DNA of 64,000 nt from Dehalococcoidia bacterium (lineage in GTDB: Bacteria; Chloroflexota; Dehalococcoidia; UBA2979), in contig OZ219872.1 in assembly GCA_964291495.2 (NCBI GenBank), positions 832,001-896,000 of the forward strand. The letters run 5' to 3'. Below, piece after piece: positions 1-9,950 of this stretch; within the stretch, counting starts at the first letter, position 1; the number at the start of each line of letters is the position of its first letter. The position numbers and the translations under genes were made by a program. The notes below the pieces were generated by a model. The model saw nothing but the letters and a program-made list of their open reading frames with translations. It was not told the origin of the DNA and did not search any database.

Positions 1-68
1 AGGACGAGGAGCGCCGCGGCCTCGATGTATCCCTGCACGAAGAGCAGGGCTACGTGCTGACGGAGTAG
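1..68 (+). CDS. amtB: Ammonium transporter, C-terminal fragment (partial at window edge)
   Basis: Frame from base 3 reads DEERRGLDVSLHEEQGYVLTE*, matching the Amt C-terminal E-x-x-GLD-x-x-x-H-x-E motif; lies immediately upstream of a P-II gene. Confidence 0.8.
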   Translation, partial: DEERRGLDVSLHEEQGYVLTE

Positions 69-413
<345 letters not shown>

Positions 414-453
414 GGAGACACCTCCCCCGCGCACTACGGGGAGACGCAACGGA

Positions 454-2841
454 GTGGTTCAGGTTCCGGCCATGCAGCCATTCCTGGAGGCGCGCTCGGC
501 AGTCGCCGGGCGCGCCTTTGCGCGTCCCCTGGACAGGGCCGGCCTCGCACTCTGCCACGAGCTGAGCGACGCGCTCGACGCGAGCCTGCGCGCGCTCGCC
601 AACGCCCTGCCGCCGCAGGGCGTCGCCATCGTCGCGGTCGGCAGTAGCGGACGCCGCGAGCAGTGCCGCCACTCCGACATCGACGTGATGCTGCTCTTCG
701 ACCGTCAGCCGGAGCGCTGGGTCAGCGAGGCCATGCTCTACCCGCTGTGGGACAGCGGCCTGCAGGTGGGCCACTCCGTGCGCACACTGCGCCAGATCGG
801 ACCGGCGGCCCGCGACAGCATGCAGACCTTCACCGCGCTCCTCGATGCGCGCCTCGTCGCCGGCGACGAGGCGCTCTTCGAGCGCTTCCACAAGGGCTGG
901 CGCAAGACGGTGCGCGGCGGGCGCGACTGGATGCGCGAGGAGCTGGCCGCGGCGCACGAGGCGAGGCTCGCGCGCGAGCCCTGGCAACTGCTGGAGCCCG
1001 ACCTGAAGACCAGCCGCGGCGGGCTCCGCTCGCTGCAGACCGCGCGCTGGCTCGACGCCACCCGGGCGATCGCCGAGGGAGGCGAGGCGCCCGAGCCCGA
1101 ACCCGAGCTCACGGACGCGCGCGAGGTGCTGCTCGCGACGCGCAACGCGCTGCACTCGCTCGACGACCGCGCCAACGATCGGCTGCGCCGCGACCTGCTC
1201 GACGAGGTGACCGAGCGCCTCGCCGTCGATCGCACGGACTGGGGCCAGCGCGTCAGCGCCGCGATCCGCACGGTGGACACGGCAACCAGCGAGGCGCTGC
1301 GCGCCGCCGCCGCCTCCCGCAGCCGCCGCTGGAGCGGCTGGCTCCCTGGGCGGCGCGCGGCGGAGGGCGACGGCAGGCGCCGCGACGGCGCGCGCATGGA
1401 AGACGGCGGCGGCGACCTCGATCGGCTCCTCGCGGCGCTGCGCGAGGCGGGGCCCGGAGGACCGCTTGATCCGCTGCGGCGCAGCGCCTGGCTGGAGCGT
1501 CTGCTGCCGGAGTGGGAGGTACTGCGCAACCAGCCCCAGACCGCGCCGTTCCATACCCATCCGGCCGACGTCCACAGCTGGCGCGCGGTCAGCGAGGCGC
1601 TACGGCTGCTGGAGGACGACGACGAGTCCGGCGCGCCGGAGCCGGTCGCCGAGCTCGACGACGCCGACGATCTGCTGATCGCGGCGCTGCTGCACGACAT
1701 CGGCAAGGGGCACGAGGGCCCGCATAGCGAGGTCGGCGCGGTGATCGCCGAGCGCTTCGCCGACCGCGCCGGGCTCGGCGACGAGACCGCCGGGCTCCTC
1801 GCCGCCACCGTGCGCCACCACCTGCTGCTCCCCATGGTGGCGACGAGGCGCGACATCGCCGACGAACACGTGATCCGCGACGTCGCCGAGCAGGTCGGCG
1901 ACGTACGCACGCTCAACCTGCTCTACCTCGTCTCGGTCGCCGACGCCAAGGCGTGTGGATCCGAGGTGTGGAACGCCTGGACCGCCCAGCTCATGCGCTC
2001 GCTCTACACGCGCGTGCGCGAGGCGCTCTCCGATGTCTCGCTGCGCACCGCCGTCGCGCGGCGGCGGCGCGCGGCGGTCCAGGGTCTGAGCGGCTGGGTC
2101 GCGCCCCAGGCCGTGGAGAGGCACCTCGAGCAGATGCCGGTCAACTACCTGCTCTCGATGGAGCCACTCGCGATCGGGCGGCACATCGAGCTGATCGCTC
2201 AGGGCGTGCTGGACTCGCACGGCTCCCGCGCGAGGGGCGCCATGACGCCGATGCTGCACTACGACCGGCTCGGCTCGATCGACCGGCTGACGATCGTCAC
2301 GGCGGACCAGCCGGGCATCCTGCAGGCCGTCGCGGGCACGCTCACCGTGCACAATGTGAACGTGCTTGGCGGCACCGCCTTCACCCGCGACGACGGCATC
2401 GCCGTCGACGTGATGCACCTCGGCGATGCGCGCGGCCGGGAGATCGACGAGCGCCGCTGGGAGCGGATCATCGAGGCCGTCCCGAGCGCGCTCGCCGGCG
2501 AGTTCCCGATCGAGCAGCGCCTCGCCGAGACCCGCGAGGCCTACCGCGGCGAGCCGCCGGCGCCGATTCCCACCAGCGTCACCGTCGACAACACGGGCTC
2601 CGCGGATTACTCGATCCTCGAGATCCGCGCCGCCGACCGCCTCGGCCTGCTGCACGCGATCACCAACGTGCTCCACGAGTCGGGGCTGGACATCCACATG
2701 GCGAAGGTCAACACGCTCGGCCACGAGATCGTCGATGCCTTCTACGTGCGCCGCGCCAACGGGCGGCGCATCGAGGACGAGGACGAGATCGAGCGCCTCG
2801 CGGCGCACCTCACGGACGCGGTGCACGCCCTCGACGAGTAG
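454..2841 (+). CDS. glnD: [Protein-PII] uridylyl/adenylyltransferase (NTase, HD and two ACT domains); start may be ATG 472
   Basis: AVGSSGRRE..SDIDV nucleotidyltransferase motif, DLKTSRGGLR, LLHDIGKG HD motif, C-terminal ACT (DRLGLLHAIT..VDAFYV); adjacent to P-II. Confidence 0.9.
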   Translation: MVQVPAMQPFLEARSAVAGRAFARPLDRAGLALCHELSDALDASLRALANALPPQGVAIVAVGSSGRREQCRHSDIDVMLLFDRQPERWVSEAMLYPLWDSGLQVGHSVRTLRQIGPAARDSMQTFTALLDARLVAGDEALFERFHKGWRKTVRGGRDWMREELAAAHEARLAREPWQLLEPDLKTSRGGLRSLQTARWLDATRAIAEGGEAPEPEPELTDAREVLLATRNALHSLDDRANDRLRRDLLDEVTERLAVDRTDWGQRVSAAIRTVDTATSEALRAAAASRSRRWSGWLPGRRAAEGDGRRRDGARMEDGGGDLDRLLAALREAGPGGPLDPLRRSAWLERLLPEWEVLRNQPQTAPFHTHPADVHSWRAVSEALRLLEDDDESGAPEPVAELDDADDLLIAALLHDIGKGHEGPHSEVGAVIAERFADRAGLGDETAGLLAATVRHHLLLPMVATRRDIADEHVIRDVAEQVGDVRTLNLLYLVSVADAKACGSEVWNAWTAQLMRSLYTRVREALSDVSLRTAVARRRRAAVQGLSGWVAPQAVERHLEQMPVNYLLSMEPLAIGRHIELIAQGVLDSHGSRARGAMTPMLHYDRLGSIDRLTIVTADQPGILQAVAGTLTVHNVNVLGGTAFTRDDGIAVDVMHLGDARGREIDERRWERIIEAVPSALAGEFPIEQRLAETREAYRGEPPAPIPTSVTVDNTGSADYSILEIRAADRLGLLHAITNVLHESGLDIHMAKVNTLGHEIVDAFYVRRANGRRIEDEDEIERLAAHLTDAVHALDE

Positions 2842-2861
2842 GCGCGGGCTGGGCGAAGGGG

Positions 2862-3365
2862 TCAGGGCGCGCCGAAGGTGGCGTTGAGCCAGCCCGCCAG
2901 GCGCTCCGGGACGCCCTCCGGGTAGACGCGCCAGGCGCCGGCCAGCACCTCGGCCAGCGGCAGCCACCGCGCGGTGAACGAGTGCCCGCCCTCGTCGGCC
3001 GTCAGCGGCGCGAAGTCCCCGGGCGCCTCGCCCGGCGCGAACTCGACGAGGAACTCGAAGATCAGCTCATGCCCGGGCTCGCCCTGCAGCGTGAAGCGGT
3101 TCTCGAGCGCGCCGAGCAGCGCGCGAACCTCGACGGCTCTGCCCAGCTCCTCGCGGAACTCGCGCACGACGGCGTCGGCGGCCGCCTCGCCGAACTCGAT
3201 CTCCCCGCCGAGGGCGCGGTAGAAGGTCTCGCCCTTCACGCGGTCGTGCCCCTCGGCGAAGAGCAGGTGGTCCTCGCGCAGCAGCAACCCGATCGCCAGC
3301 GGCCGGATGCGCGGCGGCGGCGCTGCGGAAAACCCCTCGACTGGTGGCTGTGTCTGCTCGGGCAG
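2862..3365 (-). CDS. NUDIX hydrolase (start uncertain)
   Basis: Nudix box GGEIEFGEAAADAVVREFREELG. The only ATG (3476) abuts the divergent ccr start; a CTG at 3365 has GGAG 6 nt upstream. Confidence 0.8.
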   Translation of the reverse strand: MPEQTQPPVEGFSAAPPPRIRPLAIGLLLREDHLLFAEGHDRVKGETFYRALGGEIEFGEAAADAVVREFREELGRAVEVRALLGALENRFTLQGEPGHELIFEFLVEFAPGEAPGDFAPLTADEGGHSFTARWLPLAEVLAGAWRVYPEGVPERLAGWLNATFGAP

Positions 3366-3481
3366 CTTCGGCTCCGTCCCGTTCGCTCGCGGTGACCCGC
3401 GCTGCTCGGTAGGATACGCGGGCTCGCGGCCCGCGAGGACCGCGACACCTCGAAGCGACGGCGCGAACAGGAGCATGGACG

Positions 3482-4729
3482 ATGGCGATCGAGATCACGA
3501 ACGTCGGCGAGGCGCCACCCGTTGGCGAAGTCCCGGAGAAGATGCACGCCAGCCTGATCCGCGAGTCGCGGTTCGGCCAGCCGCGCGACGCCTTCGCGAT
3601 CGAGCAGATCGACGTGCCCGAGGTGGGACCGCGCCAGGTGCTGGTCTACGTGATGGCGGCGGGCACCAACTACAACAACGTCTGGGCCGCCCTCGGGACC
3701 CCGGTCAACGTGATCGACGCGCGCCGCCGCCAGGGCGCCGAGGAGGACTTCCACATCGGCGGCTCGGACGCCTCGGGCATCGTCTGGGCGGTCGGCGAGG
3801 AAGTCACGAACGTCAAGGTCGGCGACGAGGTCGTGCTCTCCTGCGGGATGTGGGACGAGGACGCCGCCGACATCGCGGCCGGCCGCGACCCGATGATGTC
3901 GAACACCAACAAGGTCTGGGGCTACGAGGAGAACTGGGGCTCCTTCGCGCAGTACTGCCTCGTCGACCGCTACCAGTGCTACCCCAAGCCCCCGCACCTC
4001 AGCTGGGAGGCCGCCGCCGCCTACATGCTCGTCGGCGCGACCGCCTGGCGGATGCTGCGCGGCTGGCCGCCCAACGTCGTTAACGAGGGCGACCCTGTGC
4101 TGGTCTGGGGCGGCGCGGGCGGCCTCGGCTGCATGGCGATCCAGATCGTGCGCGAGTTCGGCGGCGTCCCGATCGCCGTCGTCTCCGACGAGTCGAAGTA
4201 CGAGTTCTGCTACCAGCTCGGCGCGAAGGGCGTGATCAACCGCCGCGACTTCGACCACTGGGGCCGCCTCCCCGACATCGACGACCCCGACGCGTTCGCC
4301 GAGTGGGCGAACGGCGCGCGCCAGTTCGGGCGCGCCTTCTGGGACGCCCTCGGCGAGCGGCGCAACCCGATGCTCGTCTTCGACCACCCGGGCGAGGCGA
4401 CGATCCCGACCTCGATCTTCCTCGTCGACAACGGCGGGATGGTGGTGATCTGCGCGGGCACCTCCGGCTACAACGCGGACGTGGACCTGCGCTACCTGTG
4501 GATGCGCCAGAAGCGCTTCCAGGGATCGCACTTCGCCAACGTCGAGGAGTGCGCCGAGTTCAACGACTACGTCGTGCAGGGCCGCATCGACCCCGCGCTC
4601 TCGCGCGTCTTCGCCTTCGAGGACGTCGGCGAGAGCCACCAGTTGATGTACGAGAACGAGCACCCGCCGGGCAACATGGCAATCCTCGTCGGCGCCCCTC
4701 GCGAGGGCCTGACGGAGTTCCCGCCCTAG
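3482..4729 (+). CDS. ccr: Crotonyl-CoA carboxylase/reductase
   Basis: MDR family with Ccr-typical [59 protein letters not shown]. Confidence 0.9.
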   Translation: MAIEITNVGEAPPVGEVPEKMHASLIRESRFGQPRDAFAIEQIDVPEVGPRQVLVYVMAAGTNYNNVWAALGTPVNVIDARRRQGAEEDFHIGGSDASGIVWAVGEEVTNVKVGDEVVLSCGMWDEDAADIAAGRDPMMSNTNKVWGYEENWGSFAQYCLVDRYQCYPKPPHLSWEAAAAYMLVGATAWRMLRGWPPNVVNEGDPVLVWGGAGGLGCMAIQIVREFGGVPIAVVSDESKYEFCYQLGAKGVINRRDFDHWGRLPDIDDPDAFAEWANGARQFGRAFWDALGERRNPMLVFDHPGEATIPTSIFLVDNGGMVVICAGTSGYNADVDLRYLWMRQKRFQGSHFANVEECAEFNDYVVQGRIDPALSRVFAFEDVGESHQLMYENEHPPGNMAILVGAPREGLTEFPP

Positions 4730-5215
4730 CCCTCCGGCCGCCCCCTCCCTTTCCGACCCCCTCTCCTGGGGGAGAGGGCGGGGGTGAGGGGGCACGCCCG
4801 CAGATGCTCCCCACCTCGATCGGTTGTTGCGCCCCCGGGGGTTCGCGCCCCGCGGCCGCCGGACGAGCACGCTGCGCGGCTCTGGCCCGCCCACCCGCCC
4901 TCGGATCTCTCTTTTGTGGGGGCTTCGCCCCCACGCCCCCTCGGCTCTGCCCCTCCGGCTCCCTCTCCCCGAGGAGACCTTTGCGAAACCCCCAACAAGC
5001 CCCCTCCGGCCCACTCTCCCGAGCGAGAGGGCGGGGGTGAGGGGGAGGACTCCCGCGCCCCTTCGAAAGCACCGGCAGCGCAACGAAACTCCAGCGGGCG
5101 GATCCTCCCTCACCCTGACCCTCTCCCTCGGGGAGAGGGGACCGGAAGGGAGGCCCACTCCGCCGATCCGGCTCCCTCTCCCCTCGCGGGAGAGGGCGGG
5201 GGTGAGGGGGCGCCG
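4730..5215. repeat. Composite palindromic intergenic repeat cluster (REP/BIME-like)
   Basis: About four copies of CCCTCTCCC-N3-5-GGGAGAGGG(CGGGGGTGAGGG), plus GGGGCTTCGCCCC and GGACGAGCACGCTGCGCGGC modules, between convergent genes. Confidence 0.85.
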
Positions 5216-5263
5216 CGCAGCAGCGCGGCCAGCGAGGCAGGACTCTCCCTGTCCGCCAGCCGC

Positions 5264-5749
5264 TCAGGCTGAGCGGCCCACCCCCACAGGCGCCCGCCCG
5301 AAGCGGCGCTCGAGGACCGCGCGGCGGTACTCGAAGATCGCGCGCACGCGGTCGGCGACCAGCAGCCGGTTGAGCACGTCGCCCAGCGGCCCCAGCGGCA
5401 CCGAGTAGTGCACGATGTCGCCGATCTCCACGCCGCCCTCGACCGGGCGGAAGTGGTGCTGGTGGTGCCAGAAGCGGTACGGCCCGAAGCGCTGCTCGTC
5501 GACGAACAGCTCGCCCTCCACCAGCTGCGTGATCTCCGTCACCCACGTCACCGGCAGCCCGAACAGCGGCCGCACGCGATGCACCACGATCAGCCCCGGG
5601 TGCATCCGCTCCGGCAGCGGCGAGGCGACCTCGAACGCCATCTCCGGCGGCGTGATCACGGCCAGGTTGCGCGGGTCCGAGAAGAACTCCCACGCCTCGT
5701 CGAGGCCGATCGGCACCACCTGCCGCGTCTCGAAGCGATGCAGGCCCAC
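5264..5749 (-). CDS. SRPBCC family protein
   Basis: AWEFFSDPRNLAVITPP and FVDEQRFGPYRFWHHQHHF motifs; typical partner of TIGR01777 epimerase. Confidence 0.85.
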   Translation of the reverse strand: MGLHRFETRQVVPIGLDEAWEFFSDPRNLAVITPPEMAFEVASPLPERMHPGLIVVHRVRPLFGLPVTWVTEITQLVEGELFVDEQRFGPYRFWHHQHHFRPVEGGVEIGDIVHYSVPLGPLGDVLNRLLVADRVRAIFEYRRAVLERRFGRAPVGVGRSA

Positions 5750-5770
5750 GGCGACGCCCCCCGTCCGCCC

Positions 5771-6664
5771 TCAGCCGGCGAGCACCGCCTCGAGGGCGCC
5801 GTCGATCCCCGGGTGGCTGAACTCGAAGCCCGAGCCGGCGAGCGCCCTCGGCACGATCCGCTGACTGGCGAACAGCTCGGCGGGGTCCTGGCCGAAGGCG
5901 AGCCGGTAGGCGAAGCCGGGGATCGGGAACAGCGTCGGGCGGCGCAGCGCGCCGCCGAGCGCCTTCGTCAGTTCGCCGTTCGTCGTCGCACCCGGCGCCG
6001 AGGCGTTGACCGCCCCGCTCAGCTCCGACGTGATCGCGTGCTCCAGCGAGCGCAGCTGGTCCTCGAGCGTGATCCAGGGCATCCACCAGCGCCCGTTTCC
6101 GAGCGTGCCGCCGAGGCCGAGCCGGAACGGCAGCAGCATCCGCGAGAGCGGCGGCCCCTGCTTGGAGAGCACGATCGCCGAGCGGTGCCGCACCGTGCGG
6201 ATGCCGAGGTCCTCGGCGCGCCGCGCCTCCGCCTCCCAGTCGGCCACGAGGTCGGCGAGGAACCCCGCGCCGCGCGCGGCGTCCTCGTCCAGCTCCTCGT
6301 CGCCGCGGTCGCCGTAGAAGCCGACGGCGGACTGGTTGACGAGCACGCCGGGCCGGTCCTCCTCGGCGAGCGAGCCGAGGTGATCGACGAGCACTCGGGT
6401 GAGGTCGATGCGGCTGCTGCGCAGCTCGGCGCGCCGCCTGGCGGACCAGCGTCCGCCGCCGATGTTGGCGCCGCTGAGGTTCACGATCGCATCGTGCCCG
6501 GCGAAGGCGCCGCCGCGGATCCAGCCGCCCGCCGGATCCCAGTCGGCGCTCGGGTCGTCCTCGCTGCCGCGGCGGATGCGGAGCACCTCGTGTCCCGCGC
6601 CCTCGAGCCGCGCCGCGAGCGCGCCCCCGATCAGCCCCGTGCCCCCCGTAATCGCCACCCGCAT
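5771..6664 (-). CDS. TIGR01777-family NAD-dependent epimerase (SDR39U1/YfcH-like)
   Basis: Start MRVAITGGTGLIG (ATG 6664), SAVGFYGDRGDE, LPFRLGLGG, SQRIVP. Confidence 0.9.
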   Translation of the reverse strand: MRVAITGGTGLIGGALAARLEGAGHEVLRIRRGSEDDPSADWDPAGGWIRGGAFAGHDAIVNLSGANIGGGRWSARRRAELRSSRIDLTRVLVDHLGSLAEEDRPGVLVNQSAVGFYGDRGDEELDEDAARGAGFLADLVADWEAEARRAEDLGIRTVRHRSAIVLSKQGPPLSRMLLPFRLGLGGTLGNGRWWMPWITLEDQLRSLEHAITSELSGAVNASAPGATTNGELTKALGGALRRPTLFPIPGFAYRLAFGQDPAELFASQRIVPRALAGSGFEFSHPGIDGALEAVLAG

Positions 6665-6819
6665 CGCACACCTCCTCGCCCCTTCCATCGTCCGAAGGCG
6701 CGAGTGCACGCGCAAGATTGTGCCAGGTGGTGCGAGTGGGGGGATGGAGAAGGCACGGATTCTGCTCAAGGCCGAGGCATCTTGCGCTACACTCCGCGAC
6801 AGTTCCCGTGGAGGACGTC

Positions 6820-7959
6820 ATGACCACTCGGCCCACACCAGCTGAGGCCAACGGACGGGGACAGTTCGTCCCCGCGTACGTGTCGGTCGACAAGCTGCAC
6901 CTAGACTCCAAGAATCCGCGAATACAGCAGGTCGGCGAGGGCCTCAATCAGCAACAGATCCTCGAGCTCCTTTGGAGCGAGTACGCAGTGGAGGAAGTGG
7001 CGTGGTCCATCGCGCAAAACGGGTTCTTCCCGCACGAACCGCTCTTCGCTACTGAAGAGGATGGGAAGCTCATCGTCGTCGAGGGGAATCGCAGACTCGC
7101 TGCGGTACGGATCCTGCGAGACGACCGCCTACGAGAGAAGCTGCGCGCGACCAGCATCCCGCGGATCTCGGAAGACCTCGCGGAGGATCTCTCAGAGCTG
7201 CCGGTCATTCACTGCCAGCGAAAAGATGTCTGGCAGTACATCGGGTTCAAGCACGTCAACGGCCCGCAGGTGTGGAACTCGTTCGCGAAGGCCGAGTACA
7301 TCGCGTGGGTGAGGAACGAACTCGGTACAGAACTCGCGGAGATCGCGACCACGATCGGCGATACGCACTCCACGGTGGCCCGACTGTACCGAGCGTACAT
7401 GGCCTTGAAGCAGGCCGAGGACCGCGGGGTGTACCACCGCGATCAGAGAACCAGGAAGCACTTCTCGTTCTCGCACCTGTACACGGGACTCGACTACCAA
7501 GGGATCCGGGAGTTCACCCGAGTAGCCGATCTCGATCCTCCAAGAGAAAGGCCCATTCCGGCAAGGAGGCTCAAGGAGTTCGGCGAGCTCTGCGTGTGGC
7601 TCTGGGGGGACAAGGGGCGAAACGAGCCGGCACTGATCAAGAGTCAGAACCCTCACCTCCGGGAGTTGGATGAAACCCTGAAGTCCCCAGACGGCCTGCG
7701 CGCCCTACGGGCGGGCTACGGACTCCAACGGTCGCTCGATGTCTCGCGCGGCGACACTGCGCTCTTTCGGGATGCGCTTCTGACCGCCAAGCAATCACTT
7801 CAGGATGCACGCGGCAAAGTGGTGACCGGCTTCGCGGGTGAAGCCGACCTTTCCCGCGAGATCGACGAGATCGTCTCCTTGGCCGACGCGCTGTATGAGG
7901 ATATGAGCCAGGTAACCGTGGAGCGGCGCAGGCGCCGCAGGGCAGCCCGGAAGCAGTAG
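6820..7959 (+). CDS. ParB/Sulfiredoxin-like N-terminal domain protein, probable defence component
   Basis: LHLDSKNPRI and LIVVEGNRRLAA motifs (ParB/Srx GxxR); GGAGG before ATG 6820; atypical codon usage. Confidence 0.75.
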   Translation: MTTRPTPAEANGRGQFVPAYVSVDKLHLDSKNPRIQQVGEGLNQQQILELLWSEYAVEEVAWSIAQNGFFPHEPLFATEEDGKLIVVEGNRRLAAVRILRDDRLREKLRATSIPRISEDLAEDLSELPVIHCQRKDVWQYIGFKHVNGPQVWNSFAKAEYIAWVRNELGTELAEIATTIGDTHSTVARLYRAYMALKQAEDRGVYHRDQRTRKHFSFSHLYTGLDYQGIREFTRVADLDPPRERPIPARRLKEFGELCVWLWGDKGRNEPALIKSQNPHLRELDETLKSPDGLRALRAGYGLQRSLDVSRGDTALFRDALLTAKQSLQDARGKVVTGFAGEADLSREIDEIVSLADALYEDMSQVTVERRRRRRAARKQ

Positions 7960-7965
7960 CAGCAA

Positions 7966-8904
7966 GTGCCCGGGCTCCAAATCCCACCTGCCTCAGCGGA
8001 TCCGACCGAGCACGCCGACTGGCTTGAACTAGCGGCGCTCATAGCGCCCGACCGTGACACCTCCGGGCAGGACCTCATTGCGGCAGTCCGACGCACAGGG
8101 TCGATTGACGCGCTCGATAGCGCCGACAGGCGTGACCACGACTCGCTCGACGAGCGCGTCGAGCCGGAAAGCGATGAACTCGAGCGGATCGCTGACGCCG
8201 CCATTGAGCAACTTGCACACCGCGAGGAGTACCTTGGGGACGGCTACCCATTCACTGTGAACGGTGCCTTGAGAGCAAAGCCTGGTGCGACGACCAGCGT
8301 TTACGCCTTTCTCGTGGCGGTCACGTCTTCGGGTTGGCGTAACGAAGCCGCCCCAGAGAGCGCAGCGTCCCTCTTCGAGCTCGTGAGCGCTGCTGCGCTC
8401 GTGAGCTATCTGGGTGGTCCGTCCTCTGCCCGGACGTACGACTTCGGCTTCCCCCGGCGCAATGGACCGAAGGCGTTTCATGATGCCGTTGAACACTTAT
8501 GCCAAGATATGGGTGAAGGGCTCGGATGTAGCGTACCAAGGCCGCTGACCGCAGAAGTGAAGGATGCCAAGCTCGATCTCGTTGGGTGGGTTCCGTTCCG
8601 AGACGGTCGCACCAACCAGCTGAGCGTGTTCGGCCAGTGCGCGACCGGCGCGAACTGGCGCTCCAAGATTAACGAGTTGCAGCCGGTCGACTTCTGCAAG
8701 AGGTGGCTCAGGGAGCAGCCGGCGGTGAACCCTTCACTCGCCTTCTTCGTGCCCCGACATATCGAAGAGCGCCACTGGCAGGAGGCTGCTGTGGGTGAGC
8801 ATCGCATCCTGTTCGACCGGCTCAGGATCGTCCGCCTATTGCCTGAGGTCGACAAGGACCTCGCTCGTCGCTGCTCGAAGTGGACGGAGTCGGCCGTCGC
8901 TTAG
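7966..8904 (+). CDS. Hypothetical protein with restriction-endonuclease-like (PD-(D/E)xK/Mrr-like) C-terminal half
   Basis: LFELVS ... KDAKLDLVGW ... FGQCATGANW pattern resembles the FE ... D-x-x-x-D ... QxK motif with K replaced by A; 6 nt after the ParB gene. Confidence 0.55.
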   Translation: MPGLQIPPASADPTEHADWLELAALIAPDRDTSGQDLIAAVRRTGSIDALDSADRRDHDSLDERVEPESDELERIADAAIEQLAHREEYLGDGYPFTVNGALRAKPGATTSVYAFLVAVTSSGWRNEAAPESAASLFELVSAAALVSYLGGPSSARTYDFGFPRRNGPKAFHDAVEHLCQDMGEGLGCSVPRPLTAEVKDAKLDLVGWVPFRDGRTNQLSVFGQCATGANWRSKINELQPVDFCKRWLREQPAVNPSLAFFVPRHIEERHWQEAAVGEHRILFDRLRIVRLLPEVDKDLARRCSKWTESAVA

Positions 8905-8915
8905 CGGCACCACAG

Positions 8916-8924
8916 TGGTATGCT
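8916..8924 (+). promoter_or_regulatory. Possible extended -10 promoter for the methylase
   Basis: TGGTATGCT (TGn-TAnnnT) 37 nt upstream of ATG 8962. Confidence 0.35.
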
Positions 8925-8961
8925 CGGGCGGGTTCGCTCGTCCCCGGTGGGATCATCAGCT

Positions 8962-9840
8962 ATGAACGTTGCGAGTCCGCTCAGGTACCCCGGCGGCAAG
9001 GCAGCGATGACCAACCTGCTGCGCAATGTCAGGGCCCTCAACCTTCTAAATGGCCACGCAGTCGCCGAACCGTTTGCTGGCGGCGCTGGCGCGTCACTCT
9101 CGTTGCTATACCTCCGCGAGACACACGAGATCCACATCAACGACCTCGACCCGGCGATTCGCGACTTTTGGTACTCAGCCGTCCACGACACTTCCGGGAT
9201 GATCGACTATCTGGAGGCGGTGCCCGTGTCGGTCGACGAGTGGAGACGCTGGCGGGATGTCTACCGGAGCGAAAGCGCCTCGCGCCTTGATCGAGGGTTC
9301 GCAGCCTTCTACCTCAATCGCTGCAATCGTTCGGGCATCATTGAGAGTGGCGGCGTGATTGGAGGGCTTGACCAGAAGGGCCGCTGGAAGATCGATGCCC
9401 GGTTCAACAAGGACACGTTACGCGTGCGCCTTGAGCGAGTTGCGGCGGAGCGCGACCGGATATTCGTGAGCGGCCTCGATGGCATCGAGTTCATCGATAC
9501 TCTGGACACAGAATCAACGTTCTACTTCATCGACCCTCCGTACTTCAAGAAGGGTCCGATGCTGTATCTCAATGGGCTCGATCCTGAGTATCACGAGCAC
9601 CTCGCGGAGAAACTACGCGGCATGTCGGATGCGGCATGGGTTCTAACCTACGACGACTGCGCCGAGATACATGCACTGTACGGTGATTGGGCAACCGTGC
9701 ACCCCTTCACGTTGCGATACACGGCCCGTACGCGCCGACAGGGCAGGGAGGTGCTGATCACGCCGAGGTGGTTGCAGCTCCCCGAAACTCAAGGCTCATT
9801 CGCCCTAGACTGGCAACCGCACGCCACCGCCGCCGATTGA
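8962..9840 (+). CDS. DNA adenine methyltransferase, Dam/D12 family
   Basis: SPLRYPGGK, motif I EPFAGGA, FYLNR, motif IV DPPY; ATG 8962. Confidence 0.92.
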   Translation: MNVASPLRYPGGKAAMTNLLRNVRALNLLNGHAVAEPFAGGAGASLSLLYLRETHEIHINDLDPAIRDFWYSAVHDTSGMIDYLEAVPVSVDEWRRWRDVYRSESASRLDRGFAAFYLNRCNRSGIIESGGVIGGLDQKGRWKIDARFNKDTLRVRLERVAAERDRIFVSGLDGIEFIDTLDTESTFYFIDPPYFKKGPMLYLNGLDPEYHEHLAEKLRGMSDAAWVLTYDDCAEIHALYGDWATVHPFTLRYTARTRRQGREVLITPRWLQLPETQGSFALDWQPHATAAD

Positions 9841-9929
9841 CGTCGCTACGACGGGCTGCCGCCCGCCCAGCGTACAAGGCTCGCCGGATCCCCTACCCTC
9901 TCCCGCGAAGGTGCGAGGGGACAGAGGAG

Positions 9930-9950
9930 TAGCGGGGCGAAGCCCCGCTA
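9930..9950. terminator. Perfect hairpin between convergent genes (terminator or REP unit)
   Basis: TAGCGGGGC-GAA-GCCCCGCTA inverted repeat overlapping the stop of the enoyl-CoA hydratase; no U-tract. Confidence 0.5.

Noticed and set aside
6670-9947. Mobile-element boundaries (att sites or TSD) around the ParB-REase-MTase cassette
   Set aside because: No integrase, transposase, tRNA or convincing flanking direct repeat seen by eye
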